DNA of 64,000 bases from Eledone cirrhosa. Taxonomy: Eukaryota. Each line of letters begins with the position of its first letter. Within the stretch, counting starts at the first letter, position 1. The notes under the pieces were generated by a model. The model made no database searches, was not told where the DNA came from, and saw only the letters and a program-made list of their open reading frames with translations. The DNA is taken from the NCBI GenBank assembly GCA_964016885.1, contig OZ024743.1:335792001-335856000 (forward strand), written 5' to 3'. Shown here piece by piece: positions 14,921 through 28,385 of this stretch. Made by a program: the position numbers and the translations under genes.

Positions 14921-15059
14921 AAGTAGCGGCTTTACCTGGAGTGACTGATTTCCTAGTTACACACTTACTCGAATAATATTACTCCGAAAACACTCCGGAT
15001 GAACCCAATTTCAGCTGCTCGTAATCATGATTGTATTCTTTCTGTCAATACTTAACATT

Positions 15060-15290
15060 TCAAACCATTGGTAAAAGTTGGTACGAATATTGAATTGATG
15101 ATAGCGAGTTTAGCCTACCTACCGTCTTTTGATGGCCGAATGTTGAAGCTGACGCTTCTTGCACTTAATTCAGCCTTCTGCCTTCCACCATTCGTGAAGA
15201 CGGCCTTGAGATACTTCTCCACCTGCTTCGGTGGAACTCCAAGTACATGTAGAATGCACAGACTTACATGAGAGGACGAGTGTCTCAGTC
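15060..15290 (-). mobile_element. RTE LINE RT-thumb fragment
   Basis: KQVEKYLKAVFTNGGRQKAEL...AKLAIINSIFVPTF, matching LAIFNSVFVPTLTYGHESW at 53544-53753. Confidence 0.55.
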
Positions 15291-16589
15291 TTAGCAGCAC
15301 TGATTTTCAATTTTGAATAGTTTGTGTTTTAAATTTATTTACAAGATGGGTCTCTACCCGAACTAAAAAATCATTCCACAACGAATGCTGATTACATATG
15401 GAACCTATGTAGGGTACAGTAGTCTAAAAAATCCCGAATGAATATTTTTGATCATACAATGCAGCCTAATAAATGTGAGGGATAAGAACCATTGACATTT
15501 CGAATTATAGTCTAGTACCCACATTATCGAATCCAAATCTTTATAACTACCTAAATGATAGGATTAAAACTTCTATGAGAAAACAAACAAAAAGGGTTAT
15601 TTTTTTTAAATATCAGTTAAGAAACATAGAAAACTGTTAGATCATCTCAGTTCCGAAAAACTATAATGCTTTGAAAATTTCGAACATTTTATTATAACGC
15701 ATATCTGTATGAATCTTCACACATATCATATACTTGAAGATCATATCACAGAAAAAAATGTCACCAAGAAGCAAAAAGAAAATAGAAAGACTTCAGAAAG
15801 ATACAAGAAGATAATTTTCATTTTACTTTCATTGGAATTCAAGTTAATTTAACTAACCGTATGCGTGTATCGAATAATTTTTCATTCTATATGTATGCAT
15901 GCAAGACAGAAATAAATACCATATACTTAATCAAGTTATGATATCAAGTTATATTATGAAAGTTAGGAGTTCTTAGAGAATTGGATTCGCAATGCTTCAG
16001 GCTACAAGTTCTATTCACGGTTCGGGCGGTGGATTATGTCCTTGAGCAAGTAATTTTATTTCACGTTCCTTTTTCTGCCATGGGTTGCGACCGGTAGATA
16101 GTATCAACAATATAAAGACGCGGTAATGACATGAAGTCTGATTATTTGTCGATCGGTTTTCCTGCTTCTTAGGTAGGTAAATCATTTCTTCACAAACCTG
16201 ATAATATTAAGCTACAGGGGTGGGTTATTTAAAGATTTTTTTATTTCTATTTGTGATGATGTTCTTGTGTAGTGACTTCTAGCAGAATCTGATTGAAACC
16301 TATAACATAAAATCGGATATTCGACATCTATCTGCTATGTCTCTATACATGTCCCTATAAGACATCTGTGGTGATCAAGCTCAGAATTTCAATGGACTGA
16401 AACAGGATGGGATGGAATGGATCTCTATCGGTTTTGGCGATTCGTGTTCCATCCGTTTGATCAACGGAACGGTCTTTTCTTCTTGGCCACATATTCCTTT
16501 GAGGGTCGTGGCGGCAGAGCCCCCCCAAAACACATTTTAGCAAGTCCGGTCAGAAGCAACTTTCTCCAACAGATCCCGCGAGACCAGCC

Positions 16590-16870
16590 AAACTTTCTCC
16601 AACAGATCAAGCGAGACCAACCAAACTCATGGCTTTAATCCAAGAATCTTGCTCGAGGTCTACTCCTGGGTCTCCTATCGTTTGGTTTTGCCAGTAAAAT
16701 CTGTCCAATCCTTTTTTCCTGAGACATTTTAACATGTCGATAGTATCGGAGCTGTGATCTCTCAATTCGTAGAAGTAGCGGCTCTAGTACATAGAGTGAC
16801 TCTCTGCTCTTTGAGCTACGCACTCTATCGAATACCCTTGCTCCAAAGACCCTTCGGAGGAATGGTTTAC
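16590..16870 (-). mobile_element. RTE LINE 3' fragment
   Basis: FLRRVFGARVFDRVRS...EPLLLRIERSQLRYYRHV...RRPRSRPRARF is a typical RTE C-terminus. Confidence 0.75.
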
Positions 16871-17099
16871 TTGTACAGTTAACATACAAGTGGTTAAGCC
16901 TAACAAAGACACTTATTACCTTGAAATAATTCTCAGTGTAACAAGGCTGGTATTTGAATTACACGGGCTTCAAACAGGCTCCATCTAGCCAAATTCACAT
17001 AAAAGCATTGATTAAGCTCAAGATGTCAGAGTGATCAAACCTAATGATTGTGAACTAGGATCCTTAACCTATCGGACATAATGCATGCACTACATTCAA

Positions 17100-17625
17100 T
17101 AATTGTTTCTTATTTAGGCACAAGGCCAACAATTTATTTGGAGGATGGGAAAATCGATTACTGCTACTTTATTTTATCGACCCAATAAGGATGAAAGGCA
17201 AAACTAATCATGGCGAGATTTGAATTCAGAACGTACAGGGCCATAACTTTATGCTGCAATGCATGGTGTCTGACGCTCTAGTAATTGTTTCTACCTTTGG
17301 CACAAGGCCAGCAATTATTTCAGTGCATTACTGGTACTTTATTTTATCGATCCCGTAAGGATGAAAGGCAAAGTTAACCTCGGCGGAATTTGAACTCAGA
17401 CCATATAAAGAGCACTAACTCTATGCTGCAAAGCATGGCGTCCGACCCTCTACCGATACTGCCAATCCATCTCCCTCAATAATTTTCTACTTTTGGCACA
17501 AGGCCAGCAATTACCCAGCACATTACTGGTACTTTATTTTATGGACCCCATAAGGATGAAATGCAAAGTTAACCTCGACGGGATTTGAACTCAGACCGTA
17601 AAGGGACGTAACTATGCTAGATCAG
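17100..17625 (-). mobile_element. Three tandem tRNA-derived SINE copies
   Basis: Three repeats of ggcacaaggcca...tttattttatcga...ggatgaaa(g/t)gcaaa...tttgaa(c/t)tcaga. Confidence 0.8.
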
Positions 17626-17739
17626 ACCGTAAAGGGACGTAACATCGCCCTCAATAATGACAGGACAACAGGAATCCTTAATTACGAATCATTATACAAT
17701 AAAATATATGACTTGAAATATTTCGTATGCTTCTCATAT

Positions 17740-19070
17740 TCATGTGTGTGTGTACATGTTTGTGGTACAAGCGTGTATGTGTTAGTGTGTTTATGCGTGT
17801 GCGAGTGAGTGTGTTCGTGCAAGTACGCGTGCGTGCATATATGTGTTATTATTTGTATTGTGTGTGTGCATGTGTATGTGCGTGCACGTGTATGTGTGTA
17901 CGTGCATGTGTGTGTAAGTGTACGTGTATGTACGTGTATGTGAGCGTACGTTCAAGTGTGCGTGTGTACGTTATGTGTGCGTGCGTGTATATGTGTGTAC
18001 GTGTATGTGTGTGTGTATGTACGTGTATGTGCACGTGTATGTGTTAATGTGTTTATGCGTGTGCGAGTGAGTGTGTTCGTGCAAGTACGCGTGCGTGCAT
18101 ATATGTGTTATTATTTGTATTGTGTGTGTGCATGTGTATGTGCGTGCACGTGTATGTGTGTACGTGTATGTGTGTGTAAGTGTACGTGTGTACGTGTATG
18201 TGAGCGTACGTTCAAGTGTGCATGTGTACGTTATGTATGCGTACGTGTATATGTGTGTACGTGTAATGTGTCTGTGTTTGTACGTGTATGTGCACGTGTA
18301 TGTGTACGTGTATGTGTACGTGTATGTGTACGTGTATGTGTATGTGAGTGTGTAGGTGGTGTATGCTTGCATGTGTGCGTAGGTGGCGTACGCATGTACG
18401 TGTGTGAGTGAACGTGTATATATGTACGTGTTATTACATGTTTTGTGTGTTTGCATGTATATGTATGTGTTTACGTGTTATGTGTGAATGGTGAATGTGT
18501 ATGTATGCGTGTACGTGTGTGTGTGAGTGTGTATTTCGCGTATGCGCGTATATGTTAGTGTGTTTATGTGTGTACCTGTGTGAGTATGAGTGTTTATGTG
18601 GTATATGCGGGTATGCGTAAGTGCGTGTGTGAAAGTGTGTATATGTATTCTGCGTGCATGAGTGTGTGAATATGTGCAGTATGTTTGCATGCGTGAATGT
18701 ATGAATTGTGTGCATCTGCATGTGTGTATATGTGTGAATATATTCTGTCTGTGTATGTGTAGGTGTGAATATATGCAGAGTACGCGCGTGTGTGTGTATG
18801 TGTGTGGATATATGCAGTCTGTGTATATGTGAATATATCCAGTCTCTGTGTGTGTGGTATGAATATATGCAGTCTGTGTTCATGTGTGTGTATATGTGAA
18901 TATATACAGTCCGTGTGTGTGTGTAAATATATGCAGTCTGTATGTGTATGTGTGTATGTGCGAATATATATGCAGTCTATGAGTGTGTGTGTGGGGGGAG
19001 GGGGGTGAATATATACAGTGTGTGTGTGTGTGTGTGTGTATATATGCAGTCTTTATGTACGTGTGTGTAT
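17740..19070. repeat. TG/TA-rich low-complexity tract with a 262-nt internal duplication (17781 / 18043)
   Basis: Seen directly. Confidence 0.85.
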
Positions 19071-21712
19071 TCTGTCAAAGTGTTGACGTCACCTTGTTTA
19101 TAGTCCACAACAAATAGCATGACCAATACAATACTACCATTTTAATGACACGGTCTGTGAAAGAGAACTCTTCCTGAGAATTTTCCTGACGTCCATGACA
19201 AGTGAGAGGAAGGTTGGGATTTTATTATAGATCTGGCGAAGTCAACTTTTAGATACTGGGATTTTTTCAACACGCTGGCGCGTATGTGTATATGTGTGTA
19301 TGTGTGTATATGTATATGTACATATGCATACATTTATATGCATGAACATATAAATATAGACGCGCAAACTCAGACACACTTACAAAAATACACATTCACA
19401 AACATAATTCACAGAAACACACACATACATTTACAAAGACAGCAGATGTAAAGAGATAGAAGTAGTATGAGGTAGTCAAACTACACCTCTCTCTTCACAT
19501 GTTGTGACAGAATAACAGAAATTTCTATATAGATGAGACGGAGAGAAATAGATGAATAAAGGTTTAGATTGAGGCACTGGGCTAGTAATTTAGGGGTGGT
19601 GGGTTGACTAAATTGACCCCAGTGCATTACTGGTGCTTTATTTTATCGACCCCCCCCCCCCGTAAGGATGAAAGGCAAAGCTAACCTCGGCAGGATTTGA
19701 ACTCAGATCATAAAGAGCCGTAACTCTATGCCATACAAATAGATGAATAATGGCTTCTGATTGAGGCACTTGGCCAACGACTTTGGGGATGAGAAAGTCG
19801 ATTAAATCGACCCCACTTAGATACTGGTACTTTATTTTATCGACCCCCCCCCCCCCGGAGGTGTAAAAGGTGAGATTTGAGCTCAGAATGTAAAAAGATG
19901 TAACTATATGCCTCAAAGCATGTTGTCCGGCGTTCTACTGATACTGTCAAACCACCGCTCCATAGCTTAGTAATGATCCTTAATATCAAATTGTACGATT
20001 TGGCTATTAATATCTGGGATATATTTTAAGCAGAACATATATTCTAGTGTATTTTGTCATAGTAGTAAACGTGATTCTTTCTTAATCTTAAAACTATGAT
20101 TTTCTCGAGAATATATTTGCTGGTTTTCTCTGTTTTAGTAGGGGTAATGGTTATATCATTAAGTTTATCTTTCAAGAGGTTTTAACGTACGTATTTTTGT
20201 CCTTTAGTAAATCATGGATAACTAAATTTCCAATAATAATTTGACCACTGATATTAGGTTCTGATACGGCAAATTGGCAAAGTCGTGAGAACGTCGGATA
20301 GAATGCTTCGCCTTATTCGTTTCGGTTCTCTATTCCCTCAGTTCAAATCTTGCCGAGGTCAACTTTGCCTTTCATTCCTTCAAGTTCGATAAAAAAAAGT
20401 ACCAGGCTAGTAAGTGGACTGATTCTTCCACTATATCTCTTTCTCCCTTCCATTCCCTCACTCACTATCCTTCTGTGAAAGAAATCTGCTGTATTCATAT
20501 CTGGAGAGGAGATAGGTTCCGCTAGAATGTTGTAAAGATACCTTAGAGAGGCCGTATGTCAATACGATCTCCTTCGACTCCAACAGAGGATACAAGTCCA
20601 TACATACATACATAAGGTTCTTCGTTTTATAGGTGTTACTAATAAAATTCGTAATGAATCTTATGAATGTTATATTTCACCTCATAAAATTCTTTAGACT
20701 AGTTGGACAAATTACGTACTCTCGTGTCTCGAATAGTCGCCCTCTGCTCACTTATTAAATTTTCAGATCCCACCCGACACATATTCGAAACCACCCACTT
20801 TAGTAAATTTTGCTAATGTATCTCAGGCGAAAATTTACTTTAAGTGGTAGCATTCCTGCGACAATTAATTTTCTTTATACATTAAAAAAAATATTATACA
20901 TTAAAAAACAATATACATGACAACTTTCTTTATACATGACAGTAAACGTACATTACTAGAAATCCCATATGTTATAAAATGAATAAGATGGGTTGGGGTT
21001 TCAATAAGTAAAGTAAACGACTAATTCTGGTTTTTGAAAGAAATCAACGGCAACAACATAGCATAATTACAAATTCCACTCTCTGAGACCCGAGAGTGTT
21101 ATGTTAGATTATTTCAAATATCTTAGTGCATACACCAACACATCACATGATATAAACAGGGTATCACAAGCATGGTCTGCTAGGAAATCGTTAGATAGCC
21201 TTCTCTATTCTATCCACTGGGGCCGTGTGGCGGCCAGAGCGTGGTATCCCATTTGCTCATAATAGTGAGTGTTGGGGGGGGGGGCAGAGAGACGGAGGCG
21301 ATGACAATGGGAGTACGGTTCTTCTGTGTTCGGACCTGGTGTAAGTGTGTGTGTGTGTTTACTTCTATTCATTCAATATACATATATATCTGCCTATATG
21401 TGTGGAAATCTAACACAAGCACAAAAGCCAAAGTTAGATTATTTAAATCTAGAGTGGATTCAATCTTACTGTATTCCTGTGAATTAAGGTCGGTGACAAT
21501 AACTATCACCTCAACTTTAGATTGTTGCTACACACCAATGATAAGAAGGATAAAAAAAAACATCAAACATCTTAGGGGAGGGGAGAAGGTGACAGGCCCT
21601 ACACCTAGGGCAGGGCGGTGTAACTGCTGCACGCCGTGGACGAGCATTTTCGCAGACAATCTCCTGCGACACCAGCTAAAACAACCATCCAAACCTCGAT
21701 GGGGCTCCTTCC

Positions 21713-22759
21713 TCATTTTAATCAACTTTCCCCTCCCCAAAAATTGTTGGCCTTGGGCCTAAATCAGAAACCTGGCAGTATCGGTAGAGGGGCGGACATG
21801 CTTTCCAGCATAGTTATGTCCCTTTATGATCTGAGTTCAAATCCCTCTAAGGTTAACTTTGCCTTACGGGGTCGATAAAATAAAGTACCAGTAAAGTACT
21901 GTGTAATTGCTGGCCTTGTGCCAAAAGTAGAAACAATTATTAATTGTATATTTTGTTTTCAATAGATAAATAAAATATTAAGAATATCTTTATATTCCAC
22001 GGAGATTAGTGGACCCTTAATTTGGTTACATTGCAAATTCGAAAATTTAGCTTTGACATACTTTTTCTGCGAATGAAAATGTTCATTACAGTTGAACAGA
22101 TGGTGACAGATGCTTCACTGCTGGATATAAGATATAAATGTATAGATATAAATGTAAGATATAAATGTATAGATATTGAACGAATTTCTGATGAGTGGTT
22201 CTTATAGTCTGATTTTAAAAAAATATAGTTCATTAAAACAGACAATGAATTGAAATTCATGCTACTCCAATTTCAGTCGAAGACTCGAATGAAATTTGTG
22301 TCTGTACATGTACGCGGAGTTAAGGTAACATGTGCTTTTCACATTTTGAATTGTTAAAACCTAAATAACGCTCTTACTATTTCTTGTACTATGTAGAATC
22401 AAGTTAGTGCTATGTCACGAGTGTAACATATTTTTATATACTAAATTATTACACAGCGAAATACCGTCAGTCTGGTATCTAAACAAATTTTATTTCGGCA
22501 TTAGTGGTGCCGTGTTATCAATAATGACGCCAATAGCGCTGGAGGTATTTTACAGTTGAAGATGAGTATGTCATATATCCCAGGATCACTGGATATTGAA
22601 CAGTCATTCAAACTGGGAAATTTGGGATTTGATAAAATATGGGTTGCATAAGATAAACTCTATAATTTGTTGATTAGTGACACGGAAAGATAGTTCTTCC
22701 ACTTCTTTGTAGTGACATGATAAAACCTTTCTATTTCACTCGTTCCAACATTAACTGCC
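21713..22759 (+). repeat. Segment X; inverted paralog at 33218-34438
   Basis: About 1 kb reverse-complement match, including non-TE sequence. Confidence 0.9.
22092..22651 (+). pseudogene. Putative last two exons (22092-22324, 22457-22651) of an unidentified gene with three in-frame TAG codons
   Basis: attacag|TT GAA..., AAG|gtaaca, acacag|CGA AAT. The spliced frame is continuous (...VHVRGVK|RNTVSLVSK...GNLGFDKIWVA*). Confidence 0.45.
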
Positions 22760-24390
22760 ATAATTAATTATATAAAAAAATGTTTTAATGTGGAAGGGGT
22801 AAGAATAGGCAGATCTTGCTCTATAGGAAAGTAAAGAAAAGGACTATAAATGACATGGGGAGAAAAGGAGGGACAGAGTAAGAAATATTAGGCAACGGGA
22901 GAAAGAGAGGGGGGATGACGACCGGCCCTACGCTTAGAGCGGGGCGGTGTTTCTGCTGCGCCTCACGGAAAAACTGAAAAGCCATTTCCGCGGACAATGG
23001 AACAGTGACACGAGTAGCAAGAGTTACCCCCACCTCGCGGGATCCTTCCTCAGTCGGACTACTAACGATTTGATTTTACGGAGGAGCTTGGCTGTACTGT
23101 GTCCGAGGACTCATGGGGTCTCGATGGTGACCAGTGCAAAGAGGAGTAGTATTATACATTAAGTAATCAACATTGATATATTACAAACCCGAAGCTATTA
23201 GTGTTATTATTGGAGTCATATTGATTATCGAAGGACGTTACTCTACATCATAATCTATATATATAAAACTGTGGTTGTCTGTCTGTCTATCGATTTTTGG
23301 CACACATCTCCTCTTAGAATCTCTCACGGAATTGCACCGAAATTGCTATACTTATACATTGAGCCCTAGCGAAGACATCGGAAAAAAAAATTTCAAATTG
23401 ACCTACCCTATGTGACGAAATCGAATATAATGTATCGATTTTTGAGCGTAAGTTATCAGTTATTTCCCTTTGTTCTGTTTACATTGAGCGTCTTACGTAA
23501 AAAATTACGCTGGCTTTAACAGTTGTCGAGCCAGCAAAATATTGACCTGCAAAATTCATCAGTTCGAACACTAAGCTTCCGTTTTGCTTCATTTCCATTT
23601 AAAAGCATTTTAAAACAATATTTTTACTTGAAAACAAGTCTATTTAAAGACTACGTAAAACAAGCAAATATTTCGTCGTTAGGCGTGCAGACAGACAGTC
23701 GTGCAGACAGACAGTCGTGCAGAGAGGTGATATAGGCGTGCAGACAGACAGTCGTGCAGAGAGGTGATATAGGCGTGCAGACAGATAGTCGTGCAGAGAG
23801 GTGATATAGGCGTGCAGACAGACATAACTGATAATTTGGTTACGCTAATGTTTTTCTCTGCGTTGCAGTGTTTACATTTTCGATCTTTGTTAATAAATAA
23901 CCAGTGCAGTTTCTATCCCCAGCATCCTCTTTTGTTATAACATTCGGGTTATCGTTATGTTTTCTTAACTTCATAAGGCATATTGTTGGTTGAGGGAATA
24001 TTAATCAAAAACACCACATGCAAGTCTGCACAGTAGACACTACAGTTTTTAAGCCAAGAAAGAAACTTAACATTGTAACTTTAACACAGCTACTGAGGGA
24101 CCCCGAGCAACGCCGGGCTTTACTGCTAGTCTGTTATAAAATCGCCTGTTCAGTGTATCAGACAAACGTAGAATTAATACGTTAAGTAATAGGCAACCGT
24201 ATGTTATAAATCTTAACTTAGTATTGTTATAATTATTATTAGTATACGGGTGGTTGATTGGCAGTATCGGTAAATTCAGACATCATGCTTTGCAGCATAG
24301 AGTTACGGCCTTTTATAATCTGAGTTCGAATCCCGCCGAGGTTATCTTTGCCTTTCATCCTTACGAGGTCGATAAAGTAAAGTACCAGTA
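22758..24390 (+). repeat. Segment Y; direct paralog at 35158-35910 (this copy is interrupted by the Helitron)
   Basis: Near-identical sequence on both sides of the 23254-24129 insertion. Confidence 0.9.
23254..24129 (+). mobile_element. Non-autonomous Helitron (876 bp)
   Basis: 5' TC. 3' GC-rich hairpin (cccgagcaacgccggg) followed by CTAG. Inserted between A and T with no TSD. Empty site ataa|tctgtt at 35654/35655. Contains internal 37-nt tandem repeats at 23680-23825. Confidence 0.92.
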
Positions 24391-24475
24391 ACGTACTGAG
24401 GTCGATTTAATCGACTTTCCCATTCCCCCAAATTACTGGCCTTGTGCCTATAGTAGAAATTATTATTATTTTTAT
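24245..24475 (+). mobile_element. tRNA-derived SINE whose (ATT)n tail hosts the R4/Dong array
   Basis: Full SINE head, core and tail, immediately followed by the 3' end of a minus-strand R4-like element. Confidence 0.8.
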
Positions 24476-24480
24476 TACAG

Positions 24481-27113
24481 TTGCATTTATCTTCCTTTAT
24501 GTTCATACGAGTTATCACCAAGTCACAACCAGTGACCTCAAGAGACAACAAGGTCCGCCATGTTCAAGAAAGAACATAGACACTCACACATGCATATTTA
24601 GTGTTTAGACTTGTGATGTACTTATATTGACAGAATCTTCCTTAGTATATGGGCAGTTCCCATTAGTACTATCTTTTGTATTTCTCCTATACGCGGGTTT
24701 CCTGGGATTTGCGATAAGTAATCACTAGACCCCTTAGGTATCATTCCCAGAGCGCCTACAACCACGGGTATTGTTTTAGTTCTCAATTTCCACATTTCTA
24801 TCTCCAGGTCCTTATACTTGCTCAATTTTTCAAATGTTTTTATAGATACATTCTTGTCTATTGGAACAAACATATCAATTAGCAGGCATACCCTCTTTTT
24901 AAAGTCCTTCAATATTATATCAGGTCTATTTGCATCTATTTTTCGGTCTGTTTGGATGCTAAAGTTCCACAAGTTTGGGATGTGATCTTTTTCAAGTATG
25001 GGAGGTGGTTGATGCTCCCAACAATTCTTTTGATGGGGCAGGTCAAAATGCTTACACATTATCCAATGTATGTATTGTGCAGCTCTGTCATGCCTGTTTA
25101 GGTATTCGGTTGGAGCTATAGGACTGCACATTGAAATTATATGGTCAATGGTCTCTGGTTGTTTTTTGCATACACGGCATAATGGGCTGCACCCATTTTT
25201 TATTATGTTGGCTTGGTAATTTTTTGTTGGCAGACACTGATCTTGTGCTTCAGTCTCCGATTTCAGTCCAGAGGATGCCAACCACTGATGGGTTAAGGTT
25301 TTGTCAACATCAAGATTGTTAGCTCGCTCTGGGTATTTTCCATACAGAGATTTTTCTTGACATTTCTTAGCCAGTTTCTGTAGCAGTTCTTTCTTTGCAG
25401 TTACTTTTCCTGCTTTGCTTTTTCTGTGTTTTCCATTTCAGCAGTAAATGGGACTTCTGAAATGTGTAGTCCATTACTGTATCTTTGTGCATCTTTTGTA
25501 ATGGAATATGATCTTTTGATGCTTTCGTGTTTCAAAACGAGTTTGATCATCCAATCATGTGATTCCCTTAGATATGTAGATAATCCAATTGTTGCAGTTT
25601 TCAACGCAATGTCTAACTGGATTAACCCACGTCGTCCTTCTTTCCTAGGGAGATATATTCTATCTATATCTGCCTTAGGGGGATGCATTCTGTGCATGGT
25701 TAAGAATTTTCGAATTTTTGTATCGAGCCTACGGATCTCTGTGCTTGACCAGTTGATGACATTGTAACTGTAGGTTACTAGTGGTATGGCAAGCGTGTTT
25801 ATGGCATCGATCCTATTCCTTGCATACAATTCCGTTCTTAAGATTGCTCTTACTCTGCGGTAACATTCCTTCCTTATCCTTTCCCTCATTGTCGAGTGCT
25901 TGATTCCGTCTCCTTCACAAACACCTAGATATTTGTAAGTTTTTTCTTGATCAAGTTCTCTTATCACGTTCCCCCGATCAAGATTAATGTCTGAACTCCT
26001 CAGCAGCTTTCCTCTGGTGAACGTTGCTTTAGCGCATTTATCTAGTCCAAACTCCATTTTAATGTCATCACTGAACTGCTTCACAGTGGATAATAGCCCT
26101 TGCAATTGTTCATCATTTTTTGCAAATTGTTTCAGGTCATCCATGTAGAACAGGTGATTAATGGTTTTGTCATAGACTCTATATCCATGTTTTGTTTTAT
26201 TGAGCATTTTACTTAATGGTATAAGTGCGATGCAGAATAAAAGCGGTGATAAAGAGTCACCCTGAAAAATTCCACAATTAATATTAACTTCTCCAGCTTC
26301 CAGTGATTTCGTTTCACTATTCAAAAGGAGTGTCGTTTTCCATGTCTTCATACTGAATGACAAAAACCTCCTGACAACGGGGGATATTTTGAAAATCTCT
26401 AAACATTTTTCAATCCAACTGTGTGGCAAACTATCGAATGCTTTTTTATAATCTATCCAAGCAATCGATAGATTTTTGTGTCTATTATGACAATCTTCCA
26501 GTATCATTTTGTTAACCAAAAGCTGATCCTTACAGCCATATGAGCCTCGTTTACACCCTTTCTGCTCAATGGGAAATAGGTCATTTGTTATCAGGTAGTC
26601 ATATGTGTATTCAGTTAGGACTGATGTTAAAATTTTATACATTGTGGTCAAGCAAGTTATCGGTCTGTAATTTTTGGGATTGTTTGTCTCATCATTCTTC
26701 GGAAGCAGGAATGTAATGCCGTTAACTAGCCATGATGGTATCTTTTCTGTCTCCTTAACTATTTCATTATAAAGTTGGGCTAACAGCTCATGAGACTCTG
26801 TGAAGGCATTTATCCAAAAGTTTTGTATTTTGTCTTTTCCAGGGGATTTCCATTTGCTGGTTTTTCTTAGAGCCAAGCGCAACTGTTCAACTGTTATATT
26901 TTCCCATATTTGTTCCTCAAGGTGAGATGTATCTTTCATTTGTCTGTCTATCGATGGGGCATGTATGTTATGAACTTTTTCTTCGGCCCAGATCTTTTCC
27001 CAGAATTCTTGCACTTCCTCCTTGGGTGGTATTGATTTAGCAGTTATTTTTGACTTACCAATTTTTCTGTAGAAGTTTCTTTGGTTGTTTTTGAACATAT
27101 TATTGTCCTTATA
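24481..27113 (-). mobile_element. R4/Dong-like non-LTR retrotransposon family B, 5'-truncated and disrupted (RT plus RLE)
   Basis: ORFs 25401-27098 (KSPG, YRPITCL, IDYKKAFD, QGDSLSP, YMDD) and 24622-25281 (CRVC...HIISMC, RPDIILKD...LID). Carries a premature stop and small in-frame deletions. (TAA)n tail. Confidence 0.92.
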
Positions 27114-27146
27114 TTATTTTTATTATATTATTATTATTATTATTAT

Positions 27147-28010
27147 TTGCATTTATTTTGCTTTATGTTCATACGAGTTATCACCAAGTCACAACCAGTG
27201 ACCTCAAGAGACAACAAGGTCCGCCATGTTCAAGAAAGAACATACATATTCACACATGCATCCTTAGTGTTTAGACTTGTGATGTACTTATATTGACAGG
27301 ATCTTCCTTAGTATATGGGCAGTTCCCATTAGTACTATCTTTTGTATTTCTCCTATACGCGGGTTTCCTGGGATTTGCGATAAGTAGTTCTATAGACCCC
27401 TTAGGTATCATTCCCAGAGCGCCTACAACCACTGGTATTGTTTTAGTTCTCAATTTTCACTGTTTTCCAATTTCTATCTCCAGGTCCTTATACTTGCTCA
27501 ATTTTTCAAACGTTTTTATAGATACATTCTTGTCTATTGGAACAGACATATCAATTAGCAGGCATACCCTCCTTTGAAAGTCCTTCAATATTATATCAGG
27601 TCTATTTGCATCTATTTTTCGGTCTGTTTGGATGCTAAAGTTCCACAAGATTGAGATGTGATCTTTTTCAAGTATGGGAGGTGGTTGATGCTCCCACCAA
27701 TTATATTGATGGGGCAGGTCAAAATGCTTACACATTATCCAATGTATGTATTGTGCAGCTCTGTCATGCCTGTTTAGGTATTCGGTTGGAGCTATAGGAC
27801 TGCACATTGAAATTATATGGTCAATGGTCTCTGGTTGTTTTTTGCATACACGGCATAATGGGCTGCACCCATTTTTTATTATGTTGGCTTGGTAATTTTT
27901 TGTTGGCAGACACTGATCTTGTGCCGATATAATCAGTCCTTCAGTCTCCGATTTCAGTCCAGAGGATGCCAACCACTGATGGGTTAAAGTTTTGTCAACA
28001 TCAGGATTGT
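27147..28010 (-). mobile_element. R4/Dong-like family B, short 5'-truncated copy
   Basis: Near-identical to 24481-25320, with (TAA)n on both sides. Confidence 0.92.
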
Positions 28011-28035
28011 TTATTATTATTATTATTATTATTGT

Positions 28036-28355
28036 TGTTATTCCTTGAATCTCAGTCATTGATGTTGGTTAACTGGAAAGTCCGTTGGAATGAATATCAA
28101 GCCACTACCTGCAGCCTCAGATATTCAGGACGTATCGGAGGGTTCTTGCTGTTCCAAGCAAGCATGCCTTTTGAAGCGTTCCAAAAAGCGTGACGGGGCC
28201 GATTTTCTTTAACCATCCCTGGAAACTTTTGGAGATAGTCCCCAGTGCGCCTATGACAATCGGGATCACTTTGACTTCATGGCAGTTCCAAATCCTTTTC
28301 ACCTCCCACTTTAGGTCCTGGTATCGGATAATTTTCTCCCTCTCCTTCTCTTGCA
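28036..28355 (-). mobile_element. R4/Dong-like family A, about 320-bp 3' copy
   Basis: Near-identical to 28386-28701, with (TAA)n on both sides. Confidence 0.92.
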
Positions 28356-28385
28356 ATTATTATTATTATTATTATTGTTATTGTT

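Noticed and set aside
14330-15845. Further candidate host exons (about 14331, 14401, 15651)
   Set aside because: Acceptor-like sites exist, but the frames hit stops or lack canonical donors, so they cannot be supported.
17727-19008. Cys/Val- and His/Thr-rich ORFs (also at 39.3, 59.1 and 60-62 kb)
   Set aside because: Translations of TG/CA/TA dinucleotide tracts.
24250-24340. tRNA genes at SINE heads
   Set aside because: A/B boxes are present, but there is no complete cloverleaf and each continues into the SINE body.
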